Assembly (NCBI GenBank): GCA_963796965.1
Contig: CAWCNS010000016.1
Location: forward strand, 224,001-288,000
DNA length: 64,000 nt
Direction of reading: 5' to 3'
DNA from: Calditrichia bacterium
Lineage (GTDB): Bacteria > Calditrichota > Calditrichia > JAJRVZ01
Made by a program: the position numbers and the translations under genes. The notes under the pieces were generated by a model, which had not been told where the DNA came from, made no database searches, and worked only from the letters and a program-made list of their open reading frames with translations. Each line of letters begins with the position of its first letter. Within the stretch, counting starts at the first letter, position 1. Positions 41,903-53,393 of this stretch are shown piece after piece.

Positions 41903-43495
41903 CTAGTTGTGCGGGATTTGTTCTTTTTTCCCCGATTCCTCAAATTCATCTGTGTTCTTTGATGCCACTGTTTGCCGAATGACACATACTTTTATCTGAC
42001 CCGGATATTCCATTTCTTCTTTGATCTTTTTTGCAATATCAGATGAGAGTATTGCCGCCCGCTGATCATCAATTCTTTCAGGTTCAACGATGACGCGTAA
42101 TTCCCTCCCGGCAGATATGGCATAGGTTTTTGAAACCCCCTCAAAGGAATTTGCAATCTCTTCCAGACCGGTGATTCTTTTTGTATAAGCCTCTAATGTA
42201 TCTCTACGGGCACCAGGGCGACTACCACTTATCTTATCTGCAGCGGTGACCAGAACAGAAATTGGTGAAATGGGTTCTGCTTCTTCGTGATGAGCAAGGA
42301 TTGAATTTATGACAACCTCATGCTCTTTATATTGCGTACAGAGATCCACGCCTAACTTGACATGACTTCCTTCTGAATTTATGGTAAGGGCTTTGCCAAC
42401 ATCATGAAACAGTCCGGCCCGTTTGGCTAACTTGATATTGAATCCCAGTTCTGCTGCCATCGCGCCAGATAGCAAGGCTACCTCCTTAGAATGTTCAAGA
42501 ATGTTCTGACCATAGCTAAAGCGATATTTTAACCTCCCTAGTGTTTCTTTAATTTTTGGATGCACATTCTTCAGACTAAGAAAACTTAACGTATCTTCGG
42601 CAGCCTTCAAAATTGTCCGATCCACTTCTTTTGTTGCCTTTGAAACAATCTGCTCTATGAGGTTTGGATTGATATTTTTGGTTTTAATCAAATTCTCCAT
42701 GGATAAGCGTGCAACTTCCCTACGGACAGGATCAAAACCGGATAGCACTATGAGCTCGGGTGTGTCATCTACAATTACTTTTACACCAGTTATCTCTTCA
42801 AATGCACGAATATTTCGACCTTCCCGGCCAATGATCATTCCTTTGTATCGTTCATTGGGCAGTTGTACTGTTGAAAGTGTCGATTCCATAGTGACTTCAT
42901 AGGCAATGTTTTCAATTGCATAGGCTATAATTTCCTTTGCTTCCTTTTGAGCCGTTGCTTTTGCTTCATCCTTGATATCAATAGCCATCTGCGCTGCTTC
43001 CATCTTGACACGATCTTCCAGATTCTTTTTCAATTCGTTTTTCGCGTCTTCAACAGAAATTCCGGCAATTCTTTCTAATTTGGTGTTTTGCTCAGCAATT
43101 ATAGATTCAACTTTTTGTTGTTTTTGAAGAAGGATTTCCTCTTTCTGCTCGAGCTTTTCATTGTGGCTCTTTAATTTATTTTCACCAAATTTCAGATTAT
43201 TTTCAAGACGTCGCAGTTCTTTTTCTTTTGCTACAAGTCTTGCATCGCTTTTCTGAATCTGATTCTCTTTTGATTTAAATTCCTCATGAAACTTTGATCT
43301 TTTCTTCTGCATTTCTTCACGAAACTGGAACAGTTTTTCCTTTTTAGCTTTTTCTACTTCCAGATGAGCGCTGTCCAGTACTTCTTTCGCCGTATTTTTT
43401 TTCTTATGCAGGTAGGCTGTATAAAGACCTAATGTAACTAGACAGCCAACAATTAAACCAACAGCAGCGGATATTATAAGATATATCTCAGACAC
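41903..43495 (-). CDS. rny: ribonuclease Y
   Basis: N-terminal TM, coiled coil, KH domain (IIGREGRNIR, VDDTP), HD domain (HDVGK), RPGAR, YPGQIKV. Confidence 0.95.
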   Translation of the reverse strand: MSEIYLIISAAVGLIVGCLVTLGLYTAYLHKKKNTAKEVLDSAHLEVEKAKKEKLFQFREEMQKKRSKFHEEFKSKENQIQKSDARLVAKEKELRRLENNLKFGENKLKSHNEKLEQKEEILLQKQQKVESIIAEQNTKLERIAGISVEDAKNELKKNLEDRVKMEAAQMAIDIKDEAKATAQKEAKEIIAYAIENIAYEVTMESTLSTVQLPNERYKGMIIGREGRNIRAFEEITGVKVIVDDTPELIVLSGFDPVRREVARLSMENLIKTKNINPNLIEQIVSKATKEVDRTILKAAEDTLSFLSLKNVHPKIKETLGRLKYRFSYGQNILEHSKEVALLSGAMAAELGFNIKLAKRAGLFHDVGKALTINSEGSHVKLGVDLCTQYKEHEVVINSILAHHEEAEPISPISVLVTAADKISGSRPGARRDTLEAYTKRITGLEEIANSFEGVSKTYAISAGRELRVIVEPERIDDQRAAILSSDIAKKIKEEMEYPGQIKVCVIRQTVASKNTDEFEESGKKEQIPHN

Positions 43496-43596
43496 GGAAA
43501 ACTCCTTTAATCTATATTAAATCTGTAGATAAAAATCTATTTCACCATGAATATATATTTATAGTACCAAAGGGTCAAAAAAATATTCTAAACCAA

Positions 43597-43632
43597 CAAA
43601 AAAGGGTAACGGCATATATACACCATTACCCT
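43597..43632 (-). terminator. Rho-independent terminator after the ferredoxin gene
   Basis: Minus strand AGGGTAATGGTG-TATATA-TGCCGTTACCCT followed by a T run. Confidence 0.7.
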
Positions 43633-43663
43633 ATAATGCTAAGTGAAATAATGACACAAAAAA

Positions 43664-43942
<279 letters not shown>

Positions 43943-43960
43943 TTATCTGAATTATTGGAT

Positions 43961-44167
43961 TCAGTCCAACAATCTGAATCCGACCTTTAGAATAACCTGA
44001 TATTCTGAGACTTCATCTTCCTTGATGCCTCCCCGCATTTGAGCAACTTCGAACCAGCTCAATCCTTTCAAAGACTTTGACGCTTCTTTGATCGCACTCT
44101 TAATTGCATCCTCGTAACTCTTTGTGGAAACGCCTACAAGTTCAATAATTTTATAGGTTTTACTCAT
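43961..44167 (-). CDS. dodecin family flavin-binding protein
   Basis: YKIIELVGVS..SYEDAI..AI, WFEV, YQVILKVGF. Confidence 0.92.
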   Translation of the reverse strand: MSKTYKIIELVGVSTKSYEDAIKSAIKEASKSLKGLSWFEVAQMRGGIKEDEVSEYQVILKVGFRLLD

Positions 44168-44375
44168 ACAAAATTCCCCTTAAATAGGGATAATATAGAT
44201 AATATAGGGCATTAATTCAATAGCTGTTTTGTATGATAAAGTTGATGGCTGAATTAGGTTTTTTATCTAAAATCTTCTTTTTTTATCACCTAAACTAAAA
44301 AAATCATTATATTGTGAACAATCTATTTTGCTCTAATAAGTTTAGTCCAACCATCTAGCAGATTTTAAATATTCT

Positions 44376-47300
44376 ATGAATGAATATGATATCCAATCTG
44401 ACCATCCCAGAATCAAATTATATTTTAAAGAATTGCAGAAAACAAAAACCAACAAGACTTATAGTACAACAAGATATAAGTTGTTTGCCCGGTTGATAAA
44501 GTATTTTGCCGGACAGGTCGGTTGGGTGTTTTATGAAAGATTTCCGGTACCTGCTGATAAACGGGTTGTTTCTGTAGACGCTTTACTCCTCGATTCCTTT
44601 AACATTATTCAGGGAATCTGCATAGATTTACCTGATATTTATGATAGGAAAATAAAAATTAAGGAAGCGCTTTCGACAGGAATTCCTACAAATAATATAT
44701 TGTTTATACAAACAGAATGGCTAATACTCTGGCGCAGAGGGAAAAAAATGATAGAGATGCGCTGTCTCTCTCCCAAAGATACCGCTTCTGTACTGACCAC
44801 TTTTTTTCGCTCTCCTTATAAGAACGCTTCTGATCTTGAACCACTCATGGAACGTGCCCATTCAGAAGGTAACCTGGTCGCCCGGACCTGGGTTGAAACA
44901 GTTAAAAAGGAGTCAGAGGAAAACGAACCCTTTAAAAAAGCGCTAAATATTCTTAAACAGAATTTCCATAAATCGGATTTTCCGGATCAACCTGCAGATA
45001 CTATTGGGAATATGCTTGTAAAATATCTGCTGATACGACGATTTTGTGATAAAATTTTTCGCCGGTCGAGTTATATCACCTCATCTCATTTATCCGCAGA
45101 AATTGAAAAAGTTATCTCTCTTGCTCCAACTCTGCGTCTTCCACCTGATCTAGTTAAAGATCTCGAAACACAACTCCGCCAGGTATCTGGCCAGCTTAAG
45201 ACACAGAATGAAAAACTACTTTTATTAGAAACGATTGTCTCAAAATTTTTTCCGCGCATTCAGAAAAGAATCACCGAAATTTATAGCCGAAACATTAGTC
45301 ATGAAGTTCTTTCAAATCTATGTACAAAATTTCTTGCGGATGTAATGGAAAAGGAGTTTAATCTGAAAATTGGTGATAATGAAATCAATATCCTTGTTCC
45401 TTTCTGCCATAATGGTGCTTATATAAGGCAAATTCTACTTGGATTATCAAAAAAACAGGTAGAGGACAAATATCGAAAAGAACTTTATGGTAATGAGACG
45501 GATATTATTTCATATTTTATATCTTTGATAAATATCGAAAACACATATATAGATTTGAAGGGACATTATCAGGCATTTAGCGGACTAAATTTAATTAATA
45601 CTTTTTCCCTTACGGACGAAGAAGATCTGTCACTTTATAATGATGAAAATAGCTTACGACGAGACAAATTAAAACATATACCTTTCAACATAATCCTTGG
45701 TGAAACCCCTCATGTAAGTCGGAGGGAATCATCTCAAAAAAACAGAGATTCGTCTATACTTGATAAAAGAGTCTTAATGACATATGGCCGCTCTTCGAAA
45801 GCGAGGAACAAAAGTGTTCTATCAGATTCCTATGTAAAGGCGCTGCGGTGGGCGAGTGACGCCATAATCAGGAGCAAAGAAGGAATAGTTTGTCTGGTCT
45901 GTAAAAACAATTTTATCGGAGATCTGGCTTTTGATGGTCTCAGACAACATCTCAATAGAGATTTTGATGCCGTGTTCGTACTTGAATTGGGAAGTGATGA
46001 AAATAATCAATCCATAAATCATTTTGATACCAATAAGGCATTATTGATTCTGATTAAAAGGAAAAATTTTTCCAAAAGCGGCATATATTACCACCGTACA
46101 GGATGGGGGGATCTTCTGAGCAAATCCTGTAACGGGAATATTAATTTTTATACATGTTTTCCCTGGCGGAAGATTCAACCAGATAAACATAATACCTGGA
46201 TGACGGAGGGATTACAAAAAGATTTTGAAACCCACCTTCCCTTAGGTACAAAAATATCCAAGACGGGGAGAGGTAATGCTATTTTTCGTAATTATGGCCG
46301 GGGATTAGCCACATCACGGGACGCCTGGGTCTATAATTTTAACCGTGAAAACCTGGTGAGTAATATCCAGGATCTAATTCGAATTTACAACAAACATGTC
46401 CAAACGTGGGCAGAAATGCCTTCAAAACCACAATTAGAAGCATATTTAACAGATTCAAATGCAGATATCCCGTGGTCCGAAACTTTAAAAAGTTATTTGA
46501 AACGCCATGTACGATTACGATTTCGGGCAACGGCAATGCGTGAGGCAATTTACAGGCCCTTTGTTAAAAAACATGTCTATTTTGATCAGTATCTCGTTGA
46601 GCGTTGGTATCAGCTACCCCATATGCTTCCAACTGAAAGAAATGAACGTGAAAACCGGTTGATCTGTGTTTCATCTCCTGGCTCAAAGCATTTCTCCTGT
46701 CTTATGACCAATAGAATCCCTGATTTAAATTTATTTGCAGGAGCATCTCCGATTCAATGTTTCCCCATATTTCATTATGATAAAGATGGTAAAAATCGAA
46801 ATCAGAATATTACTTGTTGGGCTTTGGAAAAATTCGTATCCTTTTATCGCGATGAGGGTATCACAAAATATGACTTGTTTCATTACATCTATGCCGTTCT
46901 CCATCATCCAACCTATTTGCGGAAATATGCTGCGAATCTGAGAAAAGAATTACCCCGGATTCCATTGGTCAAGTCTTATTATAATTTAGTGGAGGCAGGT
47001 AAAAATCTTGCACGCATTCACCTCTATTATGATGGCCAGGAAGAATATCCGGTTAAATTATCAACGTCATTTGGGGCTAAGCCAGAATGGCGAATTGAAC
47101 AAATATATTTATCGGAGGACAGGGGACGTATTATTCTAAATGATAATTTGATTGTATCAAACATCCCCTCCCTGGCTTTTAATTATCTTATCGGAAACCG
47201 CTCTGCCTTAGAATGGGTCGTTGATCAGTATCGGCTAAAACTTCCATTTTCCAGCGGACAGCCGGATGATCCAAATATAGAGGATGATCCTTCTAATCTT

Positions 47301-47412
47301 CTGCGTTTGATTGGACAGATCATCACGGTAAGACTTGAAATCTGTAAAAATAATTGAAGGCATGCCTGCCTGGGAAGAAATCGATGATGCGAACCTGCTT
47401 GAAAAAAGGTAA
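44376..47412 (+). CDS. type ISP/IIG-like restriction-modification protein with degenerate catalytic motifs
   Basis: C-terminal TRD-like motifs RDAWVYNF, YRPF, QCFP, FHYIYAVLH, PRIP, GNRSALEWVVDQY. A frameshift near 47332 restores the family-like end SLKSVKIIEGMP to TAA 47412. Confidence 0.75.
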
Positions 47413-47570
47413 AAGGAAAGACGAAACCCGGTATAGTCATCGCTATTTAGGCGGAGCGGAATCTTATAAAAATGAAACACTTAGAACCTGTCCGAAGGAC
47501 TCCTTTGGAGAAACAAGCCTGTCCTGGCGCCAGGCCTGGGTTCACGATGACCCTGACTCGCCTCTTTTTC
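47413..47570 (+). other. long imperfect hairpin, candidate structured RNA or repeat remnant
   Basis: Nested pairings GTCATCG/CGATGAC and TTTAGGC/GCCTGGG; inner hairpin TCCGAAGGA-C-TCCTTTGGA. Confidence 0.35.
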
Positions 47571-47643
47571 TCTCCACATTTAAAGTCAAGAATCTGTAAA
47601 CACATGGTCAAGACAATACAAGTTGTTCTTAGAAAGGAAATAC

Positions 47644-49037
47644 ATGTTTAGTCGAGAAACATATACACTGAGACGAAATAGGTTGGTTAATGATGTAGAT
47701 TCTGGTCTGGTGCTTTTTCTGGGAAATGATGAGATGCCCATGAATTACAAAGGGAACACGTTCCGTTTTAGACAAGACAGTTCATTTTTATACTTCACCG
47801 GATTAGATTTACCAGGATTATCTGTTGTGATTGATATCGATTCCGGAGAAACAACATTATTCGGCGATGATCTGACGATAGACGATATCATTTGGATGGG
47901 ACCACAACCATTATTAAAAGATCAGGCAGCACAGGTTGGAATTAACCATGTTCGACCGGTGAGTGCTATGGAAAAATATCTAAAGGAAAATGCCCGAAAA
48001 GGACGAAAAATTAATTATTTACCGCCGTATCATGAAATCCATATCTCAAGATTGTCGGATCTATTAGGAATAAAGAGGGATCAGATTTATGCTAATTCTT
48101 CAGAGGCCCTTATTCTTGCAGTGGTTGCACAGCGTTCGATTAAATCTATGGAAGAAATTGAAGAGTTGGAGAAAGCACAACATATCGCTTATGATATGCA
48201 TATTACTGCCATGGGTATGGCAAGACCCGGAATCTTTGAACGAGAAATTTCTGGTGCTATTGAAGGCGTCGCCGCTTCCCGGGGGCCAGGAGTCTCTTTT
48301 CCGGTTATTTTGTCCATTAGGGGTGAAATTTTGCATAATCATTATCATGGTAACCAATTAAAAGACGGGGACATGATTATAAATGACTCAGGTGCTGAAT
48401 CAGAATTACATTATGCCTCTGATATTACGAGAACATTTCCGGTTAGCGGAACATTTACATCACCACAACGGGATATCTATGAAATTGTTTTGGCTGCTCA
48501 GATAAGCTTCGATTAATGCTGTGGCACCTGGGAAGAAAAATAAGGATATCCATTTGCAATGTGCAAGAATAATTGCCGAGGGTCTAAATAGAACTAGGTT
48601 TCATGAAAGGTGATATTGATGAAGCTGTCCGCGAGGGAGCTCATGCGCTGTTTTTTCCCCATGGACTAGGCCATATGCTTGGCCTTGATGTGCATGATAT
48701 GGAGGGGCTTGGCGAAGATAGGGTCGGATATAATAATGAGGTTAACCGCAGCGAACAATTCGGCCTGGCTTACCTGCGATTGGCCAAGACTCTTCGTCCT
48801 GGTTATGTTCTCACTATAGAGCCGGGTATTTATTTTATACCCCAGCTTATAGATAAATGGAAAAATGAAAATAAATTTCCAGATTATATTGATTACAACC
48901 AGGTTGAAAAATATAAGGGTTTCGGTGGTGTGAGAATTGAGGATGATGTGGTTGTAACTAAGGAGGGGCAGCAGGTTATCGGCAAGCCCATCCCAAAATC
49001 AATCACCGAAGTAGAAGCCGCCTGTCAGAAGGATTAG
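47644..49037 (+). CDS. pepP: Xaa-Pro aminopeptidase (M24B; frameshifts at ~48510-48600)
   Basis: FRQDSSFLYFTG, ILHNH, DSGAE, ASDITRT, PHGLGHMLGLDVHD, TIEPGIY, GVRIEDD. Confidence 0.9.
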
Positions 49038-49112
49038 AAAAGAGTGTCGGTGGGTTATATATAATGAATCTCTTCCGGAGACACAAAGTATTATAATTAT
49101 TTAGGTTAGCTG

Positions 49113-50000
49113 ATGTGTTTAAATTATATCCTGTTATTTTTGGTCATATTGATCATACCAGGGATGAGTCATTCTGAAACCATTGTGATCATTTACACAC
49201 ATAATACCAATGGTGTCTTTGAAAATTGCGATTGTCCCGAGCATTCTTATGGAGCCATTGAAAAGCGTGCTTTTATAATTGATAGTGTGCGTAAGGCAGA
49301 AAAAAATGTCCTCCTCATCGACACGGGCGATATCCTTGATATTAGAAAAAGCAGATTGCTGCATGATTATATAATGCGCGCCTATGCTTTATTAAAATAT
49401 GACTATTGGGTGCCTGGCGATCAGGATTTTATTGAAGGCAGTTCCTTCTTTTTTGATCAAATGTCAAAAAAGGCTGGTAAAATGCTGATTGCAAACCTTT
49501 TATATCAGGGCGAAAAGGTTGGAAGGGATTCGGCCATAGAAAAATTTTGTAAAACCAGTATTGGATTAGCCGGAACTATCCGTGCTGATCTTTTTAAATA
49601 TCTTGATCCGGATTTGCAGAAAGACTTTTTATTTAAAGAACAGATTAGTTCTCTCGCACCGATCATTTTGAAATTAAAAAGCGAGAGTGACTTTGTTATT
49701 TTGCTGTCCCATAGTGGGATGGACCGCGATCGTGAAATTGCCCGAAAATATCCTGATATCGACTTAATCCTGGGTGCCCATTCACAAACATTACTTATGG
49801 AACCCGAAAGAGTCGGAAATACATATATTACCCAGATTGGAGAAAGTGGATATAGGGTGGGTATTCTTAAACTTTCATTTAAAAATAAATATCTTTCTTC
49901 TCTGGATAATCGGGTGATTCTTTTAACAAAAAAAAGAGGTGAAGATCCTTCTATCAACGCTCTCATATCCGAGTATCATCAAAAAAGATTAGAGAAGTGA
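49113..50000 (+). CDS. exported UshA/5'-nucleotidase-like metallophosphoesterase N-domain protein with CxC motif
   Basis: Signal peptide; THNTNGVFENCDC, IDTGD, LSHSG, DLILGAH; no C-terminal substrate domain. Confidence 0.7.
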   Translation: MCLNYILLFLVILIIPGMSHSETIVIIYTHNTNGVFENCDCPEHSYGAIEKRAFIIDSVRKAEKNVLLIDTGDILDIRKSRLLHDYIMRAYALLKYDYWVPGDQDFIEGSSFFFDQMSKKAGKMLIANLLYQGEKVGRDSAIEKFCKTSIGLAGTIRADLFKYLDPDLQKDFLFKEQISSLAPIILKLKSESDFVILLSHSGMDRDREIARKYPDIDLILGAHSQTLLMEPERVGNTYITQIGESGYRVGILKLSFKNKYLSSLDNRVILLTKKRGEDPSINALISEYHQKRLEK

Positions 50001-50002
50001 AA

Positions 50003-50031
50003 TTGATCTGTAACAAAAATAGCTATATATT
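50003..50031 (+). promoter_or_regulatory. sigma-70-type promoter
   Basis: TTGATC-N17-TATATT upstream of the small basic ORF. Confidence 0.4.
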
Positions 50032-50079
50032 CAAGTTTATTCTTAAAGATAAGCAGAATTTAAAATAAGGAGAAACAAA

Positions 50080-50178
50080 TTGGGAAAGCAATTAAAATCT
50101 GTTGTCAAACGTAAACGTCGTAAACGCTGGATTGAGAGAAAAAAGGATGCCGTCAAGACGTTAAAGAAGCATAAATAA
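50080..50178 (+). CDS. 32-aa highly basic small protein (not in ORF track)
   Basis: AAGGAG RBS at 50067-50072, TTG start, MGKQLKSVVKRKRRKRWIERKKDAVKTLKKHK. Confidence 0.65.
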   Translation: MGKQLKSVVKRKRRKRWIERKKDAVKTLKKHK

Positions 50179-50194
50179 ACTTTAAAATAATACT

Positions 50195-50758
50195 ATGCAC
50201 ATTATCACTGGCATACTTCTATCATTACTTGTAAAGGGAGAGAAAGATAATTTTAAATCTCCCTTGCTGAAGATGAGCTGGCCGATTAAAACAGTTCATC
50301 TCCTACCTGGACGAGTACGTTTCAGAATTCCATTAATGATGGGAAATTCTTCCGATTTAACGCGTGTTTCTTCTGACATGAAAAAAATTAGAGGAGTAAA
50401 GACTATTGCGTTTAATGAAATTAATGGCAGTATACTCATTCATTTCGAGGAAAGACAGGTTCAGGCAGATTTGCTTTTTGCTGCTCTAATCCGTCTCCTT
50501 GGCTTAGAGGACGAATTATCTAAAGTACCCACTTCCAAGGTGAACAGAGAGTTTCGGAATGTTATTGAAGCCCTTAATCAGGTAGTCTACGACAAAACGA
50601 ATGGAATTATTGATTTTTATACGGCATTGCCTATTGTTCTTGCTGTATTAGGAGTCAGTAAAATTGTCAATGAACGCACTTTGACACTTCCAACTGGATT
50701 AACATTACTTTGGTGGGCTTATAATGCATTAATTTCAAACAAAAACGGTAAGGGTTAA
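50195..50758 (+). CDS. HMA2-domain membrane protein (ferrosome accessory, FezC-like)
   Basis: VHLLPGRVRFR, NGSILIHF, C-terminal TM with LPTGLTLLWWAY. Confidence 0.7.
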   Translation: MHIITGILLSLLVKGEKDNFKSPLLKMSWPIKTVHLLPGRVRFRIPLMMGNSSDLTRVSSDMKKIRGVKTIAFNEINGSILIHFEERQVQADLLFAALIRLLGLEDELSKVPTSKVNREFRNVIEALNQVVYDKTNGIIDFYTALPIVLAVLGVSKIVNERTLTLPTGLTLLWWAYNALISNKNGKG

Positions 50759-51180
50759 TGCCGTTAGAAAAGATATTTAAATCGATTCACCTGCGGCCGA
50801 GGATTCTTCACCGCTTGCCAGGGCGGCTGCGTATCCATATTCCTGCGTTAAGACAGATATCGGAACAATTTCAGATATTTGTAAACTTATTGTTAAAAGA
50901 TTTCACTCTTCCCAATGGTATCCGGACAGTCAAGATAAATTTTATTACTGGGAATTTATTGGTTGAATATGATTTCAAAGTAACTGAGGAAAGAGAGATT
51001 CTTTGCTGGCTGGAGGATATTACAATGATAGCAAAGGGGGTCTGGTCGAGATTTTCTCAGGTGAAAAATGGGAAGAAAGATCAAATAAGTGCAAATCTTA
51101 TTGATTTTTTCACTCAAAAATCAAACAATAATGAGAACTTAGATAAAAACTTCTATATTCCAGAATATGTTTGGAACTAA
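50758..51180 (+). CDS. HMA2-domain protein
   Basis: LHRLPGRLRIH, ITGNLLVEYD; translationally coupled on both sides. Confidence 0.7.
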   Translation: MPLEKIFKSIHLRPRILHRLPGRLRIHIPALRQISEQFQIFVNLLLKDFTLPNGIRTVKINFITGNLLVEYDFKVTEEREILCWLEDITMIAKGVWSRFSQVKNGKKDQISANLIDFFTQKSNNNENLDKNFYIPEYVWN

Positions 51181-53374
51181 AAAACAACCATTACTTTCCT
51201 GTTCGATTAGGCATGCTCTGCCTGGTCGGATTAGGATATCCTGCAGGGCTTTGAGGTATCTTAAGGAATATGTGGCTGAAATAGAGGAGCGCCATGTGAG
51301 TATTCCGACGATATATAAAGCAAAGGTTTCAGTGGTTACTGAAAATATTTTAATAAACTACGATCCAATCCTTACCGATGCAGAGGAGATACGGGATATG
51401 GCAGAATCAATTATTTCAACCTATTCCCGCATTGCCTACCTGGCAGAAAGAGACTTGATTCACAAAACCACAGTTAATGAAAGACGGATCCAGGAAGCAC
51501 CGATCAGTGAAATGATTACCCGCGTGGTTGTAACTACAGTAACATTAGTCATGGCATGGCTAAGAAAGGGCAAATCAACACCAGCAACAACACTGCTTGG
51601 AAAATTTTTAAATATGCCTGCTTTGACTACACTTTCACTGGGTATGCCCATATTTAGAAGCGGTTTGGAATCTCTGCGAAAGGATATGCGGCCGAATGCT
51701 GATACGTTAAGTTCTGCCGCGATTTTGGCAGGTCTTTTGACCGGAAGCGGTTCATCGGCATTAACGATTATTTGGTTGGCAGATATCGCTGAATTATTAA
51801 CCGCGTATACAATGGTGCGAACCAGAAAAGCAATTCATGAAATGTTATCAATTGGTGAAGAATATGTATGGCTGTATAAATGAAGATAATACAGAGAAAA
51901 AGGTACCGCTGGATTCATTAAAGACCGGAGATCGTATTGCTGCTCAAACAGGTGAAAAAATAAGTGTTGATGGTTTAGTGAATAGTGGGGAAGCCGTTGT
52001 AGATCAATCATCAATTACAGGAGAATTTCTACCGTTAATAAAAAGAAAAATGATCAAGGCTTTTGCAGGTACAGTGGTTAAAAGTGGTCGTCTTGGTTAT
52101 TAAAGCGGAAAAAGTTGGTGACGAAACAACCGTTGGGCGAATTATTCATATGGTTGAAGAAGCCTCTCATCATAAGGCAGCAATTCAATCCTATGCTGAT
52201 CGGTTCTCGGCACAATTTATACCGGTGAATTTTGCTCTTGCACTTATTGTATATCTTGTTACCAAAAATTTTTCCCGGGCACTTAATATGCTAATTATAG
52301 ATTATTCATGTGGGGTTCGGCTTTCGACAGCAACGGCATTTATCTTCTACGATTGGTTTAGCAGCGAAAAATGGTATTCTGGTTAAAGGGTGGAAATTAT
52401 ATTGAAATGCTTGAAGAAGCAGATACGATAATACTTGATAAAACAGGTACGCTAACAGAGGGTAAAGCACAGGTTAGTAGTATTCTAACGATTAGACCCG
52501 GATATTGATGAACGGAAACTGAGTTGAGTTAGCTGCTGCTGCGGAAGAAACATCAAATCATCCGATGGCCCAGGCTATCCTCGAGCATGTTAAGAAAAAG
52601 GGTTGGAAAATACCAAAACATACGGAATCTAAAGTACATGATTGGAAGAGGTATTGAGACAAAAGTAAGGAAGAACCATATTCGTGTGGGAAATCGCCGG
52701 TATCTTGAGGAAAATGGAATTGATGTTTCACCACACCAGGAGAGATTGATGCGAATGGTAAGACAGGGTGAAAATGTTATTTATGTTGCTGAGGATAAAA
52801 AACTTGATCGGGATGTTGGGAATTCAGGATATTTTACGTGAAAATATGAAAAAAGCACTTAACAGATTGAGACTTATCCGGTATGGATGATATCATTCTT
52901 CTGACAGGTGATGTGGAACATCATGCGGAAATTATTGCCAGCAGAATGGCAATGGATAGTTATCGGGCAGAACTTCTTCCGGAAGATAAGACGGATATCG
53001 TATTACAATTACAATCAAAGGGAGTACAGGTAGTGATGGTTGGTGATGGGATAAATGATGCACCGGCACTAGCATATGCAGATGTAGGCATTGCAATGGG
53101 TGGAACAAGAACCGATGTGGCGATGGAAGCTTCTGATATTACGATAACAGGTGATAATCCACTTATGATTCCAGCCATTATTCACTTGGCGGGGAAAACA
53201 ATGAAAATTGTTCGTCAAAATTTTGCAATTGCGATCGGAGTAAATACGATTGGATTGATGTTAGGGTCTCTTAGGGGTAATTCCTACTTTTTGGGGAGCT
53301 GTATTGCATAATACAACAACCATTGCCGTGGTTATTGAATTCCGGCCGGATATTACTTACATAAACTTGATTAG
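51167..53374 (+). CDS. fezB: P1B-6-type heavy-metal P-type ATPase, FezB-like (many frameshifts)
   Basis: N-terminal HALPGRIRI, SITGE actuator, DYSC at 52300-52311, DKTGT at 52437-52451, HP motif, GDGINDAPALA, HNTTT at 53307-53321. Confidence 0.75.
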
Positions 53375-53393
53375 AGCAGAATGTGAGAATATA

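Noticed and set aside
43496..43663. 6S RNA at its common position upstream of rny
   Set aside because: The region is short and AT-rich and holds only a terminator hairpin; there is no long rod structure.
47354..47599. 81-aa ORF after the RM-like gene
   Set aside because: It has no RBS or recognisable motif and overlaps the frameshifted true end of the upstream gene and a structured non-coding stretch.
49505..49966. 153-aa antisense ORF and similar short overlapping ORFs in the track
   Set aside because: They are shadows of well-supported genes on the other strand or frame and have no motifs of their own.
50001..50195. Fur or DtxR box for the fez-like cluster
   Set aside because: I found no convincing GATAATGATAATCATTATC-like or other palindromic operator, so iron regulation cannot be supported from this sequence.
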